DNA from: a virus
Taxonomy: Duplodnaviria > Caudoviricetes
IMG/VR virus record: IMGVR_UViG_3300016666_000205
Coordinates: 1-31,693 of that record
Reading direction: 5' to 3' (one strand)
DNA length: 31,693 nucleotides
Shown here one piece after another: positions 24,805 through 31,693 of this stretch; the stretch's first letter is position 1; each line of letters starts with the position of its first letter. The translations under genes and the position numbers were made by a program. Below the pieces are notes generated by a model. It was not told the origin of the DNA, ran no database searches, and worked only from the letters and a program-made list of their open reading frames with translations.

Positions 24805-25735
24805 CAACATCGTTCCATTCAACCTGCCCAAGAAGCCACGGGTGCGTCAGCAAGACGCGCCACCGGACCAGCGCAAGATCGCGGTCATACCGATCCGCGC
24901 CTGCACCGATCCGCAGCTGACTCTGGGCATGATCAGGACTCTGTTGCTGATCTGCTCTTACATGAACCGAGCAGGCATCACATGGGTGAGTCAGGCACGC
25001 ATGGCCAAAGACTTGAAGGTCAGCCAGCAGGCCGTCAGTCGGCATTTGGTCAAGCTGGTCAAAGCTGGCTACCTGGAGGTAATGAAGCGTGCCGTGCCAG
25101 GTCAGCGAATGACAACCTGGCGGGTCATCTTCGGGTTGGACATCAGCGCAGAGGATGCGATCTCGATCACAAGCTCACAAGAAGACACCAGGCCACCGTT
25201 CATCAAGGAGAAGCAGATGGAAGAACAAGCAGATCCCGAAGGGCAAAAGCGCATCGCCCAGCTAGTCAGCAAAGCGCTCAAGCAACCACCAAAGAAGGAG
25301 TACCAAATGCCACAAGGCAAAGACACCATGACCGTCAAGAAGATGAAGGAAGAGATAGCCAAAAAGGCCAAGCCCAAGTCATCAAAGCCGACTCACATAC
25401 AACCTCTAGAAGTTGTACCTCAAGCTACAACCTCACCTGTGGATAACTCAGCTCTCATACAACCTCCAGAGGTTGTGAGGTCTACAACCTCCAGAGGTTG
25501 TGCAGAACACATTTTGAACACAAGTAGTATGAGTATTAAAGAGAATATATCTAACAACCTAAATACTGTTCTAAACAACCAAAATCGAGTTGAACTTCGC
25601 AAAGCAGGTTTGAGCGATGTCGAAATCGAAGACAACCTCGAGCACCTGCTGGCAGCGTATGAGGCCGAGGGTCTGACACCAAACCCTGACCGCCTGGTTG
25701 GCGAGATCCTGCAACTGTCCAAGGTTGGCCAATGA
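24788..25735 (+). CDS. Replication initiator with HTH (lambda O-like organisation, 315 aa)
   Basis: LLICSYMNRAGITWVSQARMAKDLKVSQQAVSRHLVKLVKAGYL wHTH; contains internal iterons. Confidence 0.75.
   Translation: MSAVPDNIVPFNLPKKPRVRQQDAPPDQRKIAVIPIRACTDPQLTLGMIRTLLLICSYMNRAGITWVSQARMAKDLKVSQQAVSRHLVKLVKAGYLEVMKRAVPGQRMTTWRVIFGLDISAEDAISITSSQEDTRPPFIKEKQMEEQADPEGQKRIAQLVSKALKQPPKKEYQMPQGKDTMTVKKMKEEIAKKAKPKSSKPTHIQPLEVVPQATTSPVDNSALIQPPEVVRSTTSRGCAEHILNTSSMSIKENISNNLNTVLNNQNRVELRKAGLSDVEIEDNLEHLLAAYEAEGLTPNPDRLVGEILQLSKVGQ
25398..25590. repeat. Putative replication origin: palindromic iterons, DnaA box and AT-rich tract
   Basis: TACAACCTCtAGAaGTTGTa at 25398, half site at 25426, TACAACCTCCAGAGGTTGTG at 25458 and 25483; TGTGGATAA at 25438-25446; AT-rich stretch approx. 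25510-25590. Confidence 0.75.
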
Positions 25736-26099
25736 CAGACAGCCTCAGGAAGGCACCTAGAAGCGCCTACAAGCCACGATCACTGGCATGGGTAGGCAAT
25801 GGTAGCCACCAGACCTATCAGCGCGTTGTGGGCCCTTCTATGCGGTCTGTGCAGACAACCAAACGAACGTATGGATTCTGTACAACCAGCAGGGGCATGC
25901 ACAGCGTGTCCAGCTGGCAGGCGTGCCAACCTATATGCGCCAGCATGTGCGCGTGCGATACCGTGCGCGTTGACGGGCGCGTCAAAAGCGACCTTTCCCC
26001 CTCCCCCCTACCGGTAGCGATGCGGGGACCACTCCCAATTTTTCCCCCCTTTTTCAACCCACGGGCTTTTGTCCGACAATCAACCAAAAGGAGTATTTG

Positions 26100-26384
26100 A
26101 TGGCTTATGAGATGAGAGCTGGACAGGGCAGCCTGTTCAAGAATGAGAACAAGACCACTGACAAGCACCCCAATCTGAAGGGTCGTGTGATGCTGCCCAA
26201 TGGTGAGGTGAGGTGGATCAGTGCGTGGACCAAGACAACGTCTGCTGGTGAGCGCTGGATCAGTGTGAGCATTGGTGACCTGTGCCAACAGCAGTCTGGT
26301 GGTGGCATGGTGCTTGATGATCACAACAAGGCCAAGGCCAATGGCTTTCAGCCTGTTGCCCATGATGATGACATCCCGTTCTGA
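26100..26384 (+). CDS. SSB-like protein (94 aa)
   Basis: GSLFKNENK....PNLKG....ISAWTK OB-like pattern; acidic tail DDDIPF typical of SSBs; AAAGGAG RBS. Confidence 0.7.
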   Translation: MAYEMRAGQGSLFKNENKTTDKHPNLKGRVMLPNGEVRWISAWTKTTSAGERWISVSIGDLCQQQSGGGMVLDDHNKAKANGFQPVAHDDDIPF

Positions 26385-26797
26385 TGGCTAGAGCAAAGCA
26401 AACCACTGTGATCCCTCCCCTGACCAACTGGGGTGGGGTCAGATCTGTGCAGCGTCGGCTGGAGCGCTCGAGCACCATTGTGGCCAACCGTGAGGCGGTG
26501 GCCTATGCGTTGCTGTGCATGGCCAACACCAAGATCACCGACATCATGGATTGGGATGAGCAGGGCAATGTGCGTGTCAAGCGTGCGTCGGAGATCCCAG
26601 AGCATGCGCTGCAGGCCATCAAGAACGTGCGTGTTCGGACTGACAAGGACGGCAACAGCACGCTGGAGGTGGAGCTGTACGACAAGGTGGGTGTGTTGCG
26701 GCTGCTGGCCAAGGCTAGTGGCTTGTTGGACAACCCAGACCAGGATGACAAGCCCAGCGTGATTGATGTGAATGTGGTGGCACCACCTGGAGCATGA
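26384..26797 (+). CDS. terS: Terminase small subunit (137 aa)
   Basis: ITDIMDWD, AIKNV and VELYDK..LRLLAK motifs; directly upstream of TerL. Confidence 0.7.
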   Translation: MARAKQTTVIPPLTNWGGVRSVQRRLERSSTIVANREAVAYALLCMANTKITDIMDWDEQGNVRVKRASEIPEHALQAIKNVRVRTDKDGNSTLEVELYDKVGVLRLLAKASGLLDNPDQDDKPSVIDVNVVAPPGA

Positions 26798-26845
26798 GCA
26801 TGAGTGGCTGGAGAAAACGACAGATTCAAGAAAGAGAGCAAGAGG

Positions 26846-28402
26846 ATGGCCCGTACCAAAGAGCAATCAGACAAGAGCGTCAGCGCGACAGGGCTGAACC
26901 TGGACTTCTCACGCTCACCCGTCATCTACGACTTCATCAAGTCCAACGCCTTTGTGCAGGGACTGATGGGGCCGGTGGGGTCGGGCAAGTCATACGGCTG
27001 CGCCAGCAAGATCTTCATCAAGGCGGTGCAGCAAAAGCCATCCCCGATTGACAACATCAAGTACTCACGCTGGGCGGTGGTGCGTAACAGCTACCCGATG
27101 CTGAAGACCACCACCATCAAGACCTGGCTGGACCTCTTTCCCGAGTCCACCTTTGGCCCCATGCTGTGGACGCCACCGATTACGCATCACATCCGGCTGC
27201 CTGCCCGTGATGGCGCTGCTGGCATCGACATGGAAGTCATCTTCTTAGCGCTTGATCAACCCAAGGATGTGAGAAAGCTGCTCTCGCTGGAGCTTACAGG
27301 TGCGTGGGTCAATGAAGCGCGTGAGCTGCCCAAGGCTGTGATCGATGGACTGACCCACCGTGTTGGCCGCTACCCGACCAAGCGCGATGGAGGTGCTACC
27401 TGGCACGGCATCATCATGGATACCAACCCCATGGACGATGACCACTGGTGGCACAACATGGCCGAGAAGGAGCGCATGACAGGACCATATGCCTGGAAGT
27501 TCTGGAAGCAGCCTGGCGGTGTGATGGAGGCCAACGCTGATGACCTGCCAGACAATCCAGAGGCCAATGATCATGTGTTTTCAGCTGGCAAGTGGTGGAA
27601 GATCAACCCAGCTGCAGAAAATCTGCACAACCTGCCAGCGGGCTACTACCCACAAATGTTGCTTGGCAAGAATTTGGATTGGATCCGCTGCTATGCAGGG
27701 GGCCTGTACACCTATGTGCAAGAGGGCCGGCCCGTTTGGCCTGAGTACGATGACAGCACCATGTCTGGTGACACCACTGTGGACCCCACAACGCCCATCC
27801 AGGTGGGCCTGGACTTCGGTTTGACCCCTGCAGCCACCATTGGACAGCGTTTGCCCAATGGCAGATGGGTGATTCATGAGGAAATCGTCACCTTTGACAT
27901 GGGACTCGAGCGCTTTGGCCACAGCTTGCTGGCGCTGCTCAACGAAAAATACCCAAATCACCAGGTTTTGATCTGGGGCGACCCTGCCGGCATGGCCAGA
28001 GATGCGATTTATGAAACAACCAGCTTCCAATACCTGCAGACACTCGGCCTGCGCGCCCAGCCAACCGCAAGCAACGACTTCAAAGTACGCCGCGAAGCAG
28101 CTGCCGCGCCAATGCAGCGCCTGATTCAGGGTCTGCCAGGCCTGATTGTCAACAGACAATGCAAGCTCCTCCGCAAAGCACTGGGTGGCGGCTATCACTT
28201 CAAGCGAGTATCGGTCGGATCTGGCCAGGAGCGGTTCAGGGATGCCCCTAACAAGAACGAGCACTCACACATTGGTGACAGCTTTGGCTACCTGATGCTG
28301 GGCGGCGGCGAATACAACCGCATGACACGCACCCAACAGCTCGGTGGCAGACAGCCTGGCGTGGTCATCATGAAGTCTGACTTCGATGTATTTGCATCGT
28401 GA
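26846..28402 (+). CDS. terL: Terminase large subunit (start 26846 or GTG 26804)
   Basis: Walker A GPVGSGKS, Walker B AWVNEARE, DTNP coupling motif, nuclease GLDFG and SHIGDS. Confidence 0.92.
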   Translation: MARTKEQSDKSVSATGLNLDFSRSPVIYDFIKSNAFVQGLMGPVGSGKSYGCASKIFIKAVQQKPSPIDNIKYSRWAVVRNSYPMLKTTTIKTWLDLFPESTFGPMLWTPPITHHIRLPARDGAAGIDMEVIFLALDQPKDVRKLLSLELTGAWVNEARELPKAVIDGLTHRVGRYPTKRDGGATWHGIIMDTNPMDDDHWWHNMAEKERMTGPYAWKFWKQPGGVMEANADDLPDNPEANDHVFSAGKWWKINPAAENLHNLPAGYYPQMLLGKNLDWIRCYAGGLYTYVQEGRPVWPEYDDSTMSGDTTVDPTTPIQVGLDFGLTPAATIGQRLPNGRWVIHEEIVTFDMGLERFGHSLLALLNEKYPNHQVLIWGDPAGMARDAIYETTSFQYLQTLGLRAQPTASNDFKVRREAAAAPMQRLIQGLPGLIVNRQCKLLRKALGGGYHFKRVSVGSGQERFRDAPNKNEHSHIGDSFGYLMLGGGEYNRMTRTQQLGGRQPGVVIMKSDFDVFAS

Positions 28403-28423
28403 TGCGCTGAGATATACAGCCTC

Positions 28424-28451
28424 TTGCGATGCGTCCAGAACCCAATAGAAT
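28424..28451 (+). promoter_or_regulatory. Possible promoter for the head gene block
   Basis: TTGCGA-N16-TAGAAT in the intergenic gap after terL. Confidence 0.4.
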
Positions 28452-28481
28452 CCTATGTAATTGATACATGGCGAGGTATAT

Positions 28482-29375
28482 ATGAGCATGGACAGACAAG
28501 AGAAAGCAGTACTCAAAGACGCAGCTGACGCAGGTAGGAAAGAAGACAGCCTGCTGGCCCATGTGGCGCGTGGCGAGATCGTTTTGCCATTGGATCTGGC
28601 CAATGATCCCGAGATCAAGGCGCTGCTTGAGCAGAAGTTCAAGGCAGCCAACATGAACATGAACCAGTACGTTGTTGGCCATCGTGACAACAGCAAGAAC
28701 CCAGAGACAGGGCTGCCTGAGTTTCTGAGTTTGAAGAGCTTTACAGGCACCATTGTTGGCGGTGCCATTGGCTTTGTTGTTGGCGGTCCATCTGGCGCTG
28801 TCACTGGTGCCAAGATCGGTGCGTCAGTGGACACAGCAAGAGCTGTTGCCGACAACGCCAAGGCAGCACGCGAGGCCGCAGCTACCGCTCAAGCCACTGC
28901 CATCGCTGAAGCACAGAAGGCACGCGACTTGGCTGCAGCCGATGCACAGAAGGCCCGTGAGCTCACCCTGCAGCAGCTGGCTGACACACGCGCAGCCAAC
29001 ACCGCCGCGCTTGAACAACAGAAGACCGACGCTGCCGCAAGACTCGAGCAGGCCAAGCTCTCTGCTGAACAACAAAAGCAGCTGTTGCAAAACCTCACCA
29101 CACAGCAGGCAGCTGCTGCAGAGGCGGCCAAGGCCACCCTGGCGCAACAGCAACAGCAGTACGCCGAGCAAAAGGCCAGCATGGAGAAGCAGGCAGCTGA
29201 CCAGGCCGCTGCACTCGATGCCGAGCGTCGCAAGATCTCTGAGCGCGAATCTGCACAGATGACCGCACGCCGTCGCGCTGGCCGTCGCGCCCTCCTCTCC
29301 GAGGCCCGACTCAATCCAGAGACAGGCATCACCAGCACCGGCTACGGCAACGAAGCCATCCTGATGGGGGCCTGA
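28482..29375 (+). CDS. Putative pilot/ejection-type virion protein (297 aa)
   Basis: N-terminal DSLLAHVARGE...NPETGLPEF domain, glycine zipper GTIVGGAIGFVVGGPSGAVTGAKIG and A/Q coiled coil. Confidence 0.55.
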   Translation: MSMDRQEKAVLKDAADAGRKEDSLLAHVARGEIVLPLDLANDPEIKALLEQKFKAANMNMNQYVVGHRDNSKNPETGLPEFLSLKSFTGTIVGGAIGFVVGGPSGAVTGAKIGASVDTARAVADNAKAAREAAATAQATAIAEAQKARDLAAADAQKARELTLQQLADTRAANTAALEQQKTDAAARLEQAKLSAEQQKQLLQNLTTQQAAAAEAAKATLAQQQQQYAEQKASMEKQAADQAAALDAERRKISERESAQMTARRRAGRRALLSEARLNPETGITSTGYGNEAILMGA

Positions 29376-29376
29376 T

Positions 29377-29970
29377 ATGGCAACGGTTGCACTGACGCCA
29401 GAAGAAAAAGCCAACGCCAACCTGGGTGGCAAGTTCACCTCGAGCGTCAATCCCAACGATCCAAACTTGACGCTGGAGCAGCTCAACGCTGCTTATGCCA
29501 AGGAGCTCGAGGACTTCAAAGCTCAGACCGCTGCCCAGCTCAAGGCCGACGATGAGGCCTTCGCCAAGGCACGCGCAGAGATCGAGGCCATGGCTGCACA
29601 AGAGCAAGACCTCATCAAACAGCAGACCTCTGACTACCAAGCAATGCAGGATCGGATCCGCGCAGAAACCGAGGCGCAGGCGCAGGCCGTTGCGCTCGAG
29701 CAGGCAAAGATCCAGAAAGACATCGCCGACACCAAGGCTGCACAAGAGGCTGCAGCCGCAAAGGCCAAGGCTGACATCGAGGGCATGCAGCGCACATCTG
29801 CTGAGAAGCAGGCTGCCAGCAAGAAGGCAGGCCGCAGTGCTGGCGCTCGCCCACTGCTGGGTGCAGCGACACCAGACAGCATGGGTCAAAAGGCTCAGTC
29901 GCTTGGCGGTGAGGCATCGCTTGGTGGACAGGCTGGCACGCTTGGGGCAACACAAACACTAGGAGCATGA
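29377..29970 (+). CDS. Coiled-coil virion-associated protein (197 aa)
   Basis: A/Q/E/K-rich; C-terminal basic motif similar to the upstream gene. Confidence 0.6.
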   Translation: MATVALTPEEKANANLGGKFTSSVNPNDPNLTLEQLNAAYAKELEDFKAQTAAQLKADDEAFAKARAEIEAMAAQEQDLIKQQTSDYQAMQDRIRAETEAQAQAVALEQAKIQKDIADTKAAQEAAAAKAKADIEGMQRTSAEKQAASKKAGRSAGARPLLGAATPDSMGQKAQSLGGEASLGGQAGTLGATQTLGA

Positions 29971-29971
29971 C

Positions 29972-30133
29972 ATGCAAGACAAGGTCCAAAAAGTAATGCA
30001 CGAGTACAAGGCTGGCTCTTTGAAGTCCAGCTCTGGCGACAAGGTGACCAGACGCAAGCAGGCGCTGGCCATCGCGCTGTCTGAACAGCGTGCTGCGCGC
30101 AAGCAAGGCCTGATGAAGGAGGCCAAGCAATGA
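29972..30133 (+). CDS. Small basic protein, DUF6496-like (53 aa; absent from ORF track)
   Basis: AGGAG RBS; KVQKVMHEYKAGSLKSSSGDKVTRRKQALAIALSE. Confidence 0.72.
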   Translation: MQDKVQKVMHEYKAGSLKSSSGDKVTRRKQALAIALSEQRAARKQGLMKEAKQ

Positions 30134-30291
30134 AGAAAGAAGTCTGGGACAAGCCCCGTCCCAAAGATATTGGTGAGCCAAAAGAACTCAGCTCTGCTCA
30201 GAAAGCCATGGCCATGCGACGGGCGCAGAAGGCTGGCCGCCCCTACCCAAACCTGATCGACAACATGGCGGCAGCGAGGGACAAGAAGTGA
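30130..30291 (+). CDS. Small basic protein (53 aa; absent from ORF track)
   Basis: AAGGAGG RBS; MKKEVWDKPRPK...AGRPYPNLIDNMAAARDKK; overlaps both neighbours by 4 nt. Confidence 0.72.
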   Translation: MKKEVWDKPRPKDIGEPKELSSAQKAMAMRRAQKAGRPYPNLIDNMAAARDKK

Positions 30292-30611
30292 GCAAGTACG
30301 AAGACCCAAAGGGTGGGCTCACAGAAGCTGGCCGTCGCAAGTTCGAGAGCTCCGGTGAGAGCAAGAACCTGCAGCCTGGCGTCAAGGAGGGCAGCCCGTC
30401 TGGCGAGCGTGCCAGGCGCAAGGGGTCATTCTTGACTCGCTTCTACACAAACCCAAGCGGCCCACTGGTCAATGACAAGGGCGAGCCAACCAGGCTGGCG
30501 CTGGCCGCAAACGCATGGGGTGAACCCGTGCCGCGCACTGAAGCTGCTGCCCAACGCCTTGCTGCCAAGGGACGCAACCTGCTCGAGAAATACAAGCTGG
30601 AGAAAGACTGA
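30288..30611 (+). CDS. Small basic protein, DUF6321-like (107 aa)
   Basis: PKGGLTEAGRR....NLQPGVK....RKGSFLTRF. Confidence 0.65.
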   Translation: MSKYEDPKGGLTEAGRRKFESSGESKNLQPGVKEGSPSGERARRKGSFLTRFYTNPSGPLVNDKGEPTRLALAANAWGEPVPRTEAAAQRLAAKGRNLLEKYKLEKD

Positions 30612-31036
30612 TGGAATACGACGGCGAGAAGGTTGTGCCTCCTCCACTCAAGAACAAGGCACTGAGTATCAAGAACCACCGCATCTGCATCATCAAAGCA
30701 GAGCTGGGGCCACCCAACCCCCGTGCGCCAGAGATCTTCTTCTGGCTCAAGAAGTCTGCTCTGTGGAATGTCAGCGAGTACGCAGCACGCGAGATGCTGT
30801 GCAGCAACTGTGGCCACTACTGGAAGACCAAGTTCATTGATGACTGCATGAAGAAGTACGAGCAGGCAACGCCTCCAGAGGTTGATCCAGCATGGGTTGA
30901 TACCGGTGAGGGTGGAGGCTACTGCGATGAGTGGGAGATCCCATGCACAGCAAGCCGCACCTGTAACACCTGGGAGCCTGGTGGCCCGATCACCGATGCC
31001 AAGAATGGCAACCCGTTTGAAATGAAAGAAGACTGA
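30611..31036 (+). CDS. Cys-rich putative metal-binding protein (141 aa)
   Basis: CSNCGHY...GYCDEWEIPCTASRTCNTW. Confidence 0.65.
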   Translation: MEYDGEKVVPPPLKNKALSIKNHRICIIKAELGPPNPRAPEIFFWLKKSALWNVSEYAAREMLCSNCGHYWKTKFIDDCMKKYEQATPPEVDPAWVDTGEGGGYCDEWEIPCTASRTCNTWEPGGPITDAKNGNPFEMKED

Positions 31037-31037
31037 T

Positions 31038-31693
31038 ATGGCAACAAACGCACCAGGCGGCAAGCGCCTCACACCAGAAGAGATCATGAAGCGCCAAGAG
31101 CTCGCCCAACGCAAGAAGGACGAGTTTCAGCAGCTCTACCAAGATGCCTACGAGTTTGCGCTGCCACAGCGCCAGCTGTATGGCGTCTGGGAGGGTGGTG
31201 CTACAGGCAGCAAGAAGATGGCGCGTGTCTTTGACTCCACTGCCATCAACAGCACACAGCGCTTTGCCAACCGCTTGCAGTCGGTGGTCTTCCCACCCCA
31301 GCGCAAGTGGTGCAAGTTGGATCCTGGCCTTGACATCCCCATGGAGCGCAAGCCACAAGCGCAAGCCATCCTCGACCTGTATGGCGAGAAGATGTTTGCA
31401 GTGCTGCGTCAATCCAACTTTGACATCGCCATGGGCGAGTTCTTGCTCGACCTGGCCGTTGGCACTGCCTGCATGATGGTCCAGCCTGGTGACGATGTAG
31501 CGCCCATCAACTTCATCCCTGTGCCTCTTTTCCTGGTCAGCTATGAAGAGGGAGCCAATGGCCAGGTGGACAACGTCTACCGCCGCATGCGTATGAAGGG
31601 CGAGAGCATCCAGCGTCAGTGGCCTGATGCCAAGATCCCACCAGAGCTGCAGCGCAAGATCGCAGACAAGCCCACCGATGATGTGGAGCTGCT
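31038..31693 (+). CDS. Portal (head-to-tail connector), 3' truncated by window
   Basis: Hand-translated as MATNAPGG...YQDAYEFALPQR...VFDSTAINSTQRFANRLQ...SNFDIAMGEFLLDLAVGTACM, matching BPP-1/T7 gp8-like portal motifs. Confidence 0.9.
   Translation, partial: MATNAPGGKRLTPEEIMKRQELAQRKKDEFQQLYQDAYEFALPQRQLYGVWEGGATGSKKMARVFDSTAINSTQRFANRLQSVVFPPQRKWCKLDPGLDIPMERKPQAQAILDLYGEKMFAVLRQSNFDIAMGEFLLDLAVGTACMMVQPGDDVAPINFIPVPLFLVSYEEGANGQVDNVYRRMRMKGESIQRQWPDAKIPPELQRKIADKPTDDVEL

Noticed and set aside
25732-26100. 122-aa ORF after the initiator
   Set aside because: It has an ATGA overlap, but the composition is atypical and it runs through C-tracts and hairpins. Treated as probably non-coding, though not excluded.
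26794-27051. 85-aa ORF MSMSGWRKRQIQ... overlapping the terL start
   Set aside because: Only the first residues look gene-like and the rest is out of frame within terL; at most a remnant or translational-coupling peptide.
1-31693. tRNA, rRNA, CRISPR array or IS element
   Set aside because: None recognised by eye; intergenic space is minimal and no transposase motifs are present. tRNAscan and Infernal were not run.

Overview
This window looks like most of the genome of a tailed dsDNA phage with a podovirus-type (BPP-1/T7-like) virion. It starts inside the major capsid gene and ends inside the portal gene, so probably only the rest of the portal, the scaffold and the capsid 5' part are missing (inference from usual gene order). 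The + strand from 1 to 16983 carries the capsid end, tail tubular A/B, four internal/ejection proteins, tail fibres, an HNH insertion and a lysis cassette with a GH19 endolysin. The - strand from 16980 to 21243 carries RecT, a YqaJ exonuclease, a second HNH and a serine recombinase. After a divergent control region, the + strand from 21443 to the end carries an RHH regulator, C5-methyltransferase, RuvC-like resolvase, sigma-region-4 protein, an HTH replication initiator with an internal origin (iterons, DnaA box, AT-rich tract), SSB-like protein, TerS, TerL, pilot-like proteins and the portal. No DNA polymerase, RNA polymerase, primase or helicase is visible. The three most notable observations are: (1) a putative ejected protein with an HhH-GPD glycosylase-like domain and a small acidic gene with a strong RBS nested in its 3' end, a candidate injected effector/immunity pair; (2) two HNH genes that each appear to have taken over the start of a resident gene and rebuilt a new RBS and start for it; (3) a +1-frame gene nested in the methyltransferase. 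All family assignments are from motif recognition and synteny; no searches were run.
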